Source: Diadema antillarum
Taxonomy: Eukaryota
NCBI RefSeq assembly: GCF_040938485.1
Contig: NW_027271524.1
Coordinates: 992,001 to 1,056,000, forward strand
Direction: 5' to 3'
Length of the DNA stretch: 64,000 bases
Of the stretch, positions 62,208 to 64,000 are shown one piece after another (within the stretch, counting starts at the first letter, position 1; each line of letters begins with the position of its first letter). Both the position numbers and the translations under genes were made by a program. Under the pieces are notes generated by a model. That model did not search any database and had not been told where the DNA came from. It saw only the letters and a list, made by a program, of their open reading frames with translations.

Positions 62208-62292
62208 CCCGTTGAGGACGAGTCCCGAGTACACTCGGGCAGGTGTCTACAGGAAATGCATGTCGTAGCAAAATCAGTCCATCCTCAACGGG
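62208..62292 (+). mobile_element. 85-bp piggyBac-like MITE
   Basis: TTAA|CCC...GGG|TTAA. Confidence 0.9.
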
Positions 62293-62350
62293 TTAAATCA
62301 TCATTGCACATGCAGAGCAAAAGTTTTGGCAGGAAAAAGACACTGTTTAA

Positions 62351-62435
62351 CCCGTTGAAGACGAGTCCCGAGTATACTCAGGCAAGTGTCTAAGGGAAAT
62401 GCATGTTGTAGCAAAATCAGCCAGTCCTCATCGGG
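62351..62435 (+). mobile_element. 85-bp piggyBac-like MITE, 58 bp from the previous copy
   Basis: TTAA|CCC...GGG|TTAA. Confidence 0.9.
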
Positions 62436-63140
62436 TTAATAGCCCAAGTTTGATGACCCTTGACATTTGAGCTTTGTTAGACACTTCTGATGAATCACTC
62501 TCACCTGTACAGTTCCAACCAGTTTAAAAGACGTAACTTTTAACATTTGAAATAGAGCTTGTCGGAGGATTCTTTCCATTTTTTAAGTCAATGGAACATT
62601 CATAAACATTCTCAAATGACCTTTTGCTTTGCATATGTGTAAGTCATATCCATGAACTAGCTTTATATACATGAGTCATCTGAAAAAAAAACACTTTTGA
62701 CCAATGCAGGTACCAAAAATCACACAAGAATCTCCACATCCACACACTTTTTTTATTTTTTAATTTGATTTTTTAAATCACATCACACTTGAGTCATCAT
62801 AATATATGTGACACATATGCTTGATACATGTCTCATAAACACAGTCCCCGATAAACATTTTATTCACTATCGAGGACTCAGCTCAGCAGAGAAGCACAGC
62901 TATTTCATTAAGGTACCTGCATATTGAATTATCATTTCTCATTTGAGGTCAGTTGGTACGTAGGATGGCTCGTTAGTCACTGGGAACCAATAGCAGACTC
63001 TTATCCAATTTAACGCTAAATACATGCACGGAGTACAACCACATTTTGGTCATCTCAAATTGGCAACGGGACTACGTACATGTACATAAACTCCCCACCC
63101 CCTTCATTTGATGGTAGGAATCTCCTCTCCCATTTTATAA

Positions 63141-63512
63141 AGGGGTCATATAGTTCTGGCTGAAATCAAACTTCAGGTTTCTAACATTTCTTGGTGAGAT
63201 AATGACAAACCTCTTATGAAATGATTCCATGAGGAATTCAACATTTATTGGATGAAACTTGGTTTTTGAAAAGGCTAAGATATCCAAACAGAGCGATCCT
63301 AATAAAAGGTGGGACCCACCTCTTATTACGATCAATTTGTTTTACTTTGTTTTTGGATGTCTAAGCCATTCCAAAACTGATTTTCATCAAATAAACTTTA
63401 AATTCCTCTTTAATAGAATGGTATGCTTTGTACTATTTCATAAGTGGTTTCTTAATATCTCGCAAAAAGTTAAAAGCCCAATCCTCATCTCCACCAGCAC
63501 TATACCATCCCT
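63141..63512. mobile_element. Kolobok-like MITE, family A (copy 6)
   Basis: Family body and right TIR with TTAA; left end diverged (ATAA flank). Confidence 0.75.
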
Positions 63513-64000
63513 TTAATCATTGGTCTATCTTTCGGAGACAAAATCTGTGCTTTCACAGCGAGTGGAACCTTTGCAATCTTGTGTGCTTGTGCTGGTTGCA
63601 AGACAAACTTCTTGGTTTAAAAGCATATAGTTGTTAACTTCAACGCGTATATTGTTTTTGCTTTGTCGTCGATTTTAAGAGTGTCATTGATGATATCATT
63701 ACATCTTTACCTGGTTCGTTTCTTTTTAAAGGGTATCACAGTTACATAAAGTTCAACTTACGACAGCAGGCTCATCAATTCACAAGCCAGAGGGAGTTCA
63801 CCTCTAGTTTGAAGCACTTATATATCTATTTTATATAAACATCCTGATTTTCATCTAATAAAACACTGGCTGAAATTGGCTGAGTTTGCTCACTGGCACC
63901 GATTATTGTTAGGGCCCCCAATTGGGGGGGGGGGGGGATCATTTTATGCAAAAAAGCCACCAAATTTTACAATTTTCTGGTAAAATTTCAGCTTTTATAT

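Noticed and set aside
149-63637. Remaining 60-165 aa ORFs in the supplied track, including those inside MITEs
   Set aside because: Many start at TTG/GTG, none shows a recognisable domain, and no transposase or reverse-transcriptase motif was seen.

Overview
This is AT-rich eukaryotic genomic DNA with two assembly gaps (13709-13843, 53833-54333). It is probably from an invertebrate deuterostome such as a sea urchin; that is an inference from the SINE and MITE types, not proof. I recognise no protein-coding gene, rRNA, functional tRNA or CRISPR array. Most ORFs in the supplied track are spurious: they start at TTG/GTG, derive from microsatellites, or span N runs. What the sequence does support is a dense set of roughly 35-40 non-autonomous DNA transposons. 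These include TTAA-targeting Kolobok-like and piggyBac-like MITEs, PIF/Harbinger-like, pogo/Tigger-like and TA-flanked MITEs, a possibly Sola-like element, and two hAT-like elements with unusual 5- and 6-bp target duplications. There is also a tRNA-Arg-derived SINE. Between the transposons lie CpG-retaining, motif-rich islands, suggesting a large intron or regulatory landscape. Four observations stand out. (1) An isolated 60-bp inverted duplicate 2.9 kb downstream is almost perfectly antisense to the polypyrimidine tract, 3' splice site and first 25 nt of a candidate exon, a possible long-range RNA-duplex splicing switch. (2) At least six near-perfect RFX X-boxes are dispersed across the window. 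(3) A hAT-like insertion splits an exon-like frame that can be restored by removing it. (4) A 313-codon stop-free frame sits in otherwise intron-like DNA. All exon and gene-model calls are hypotheses.
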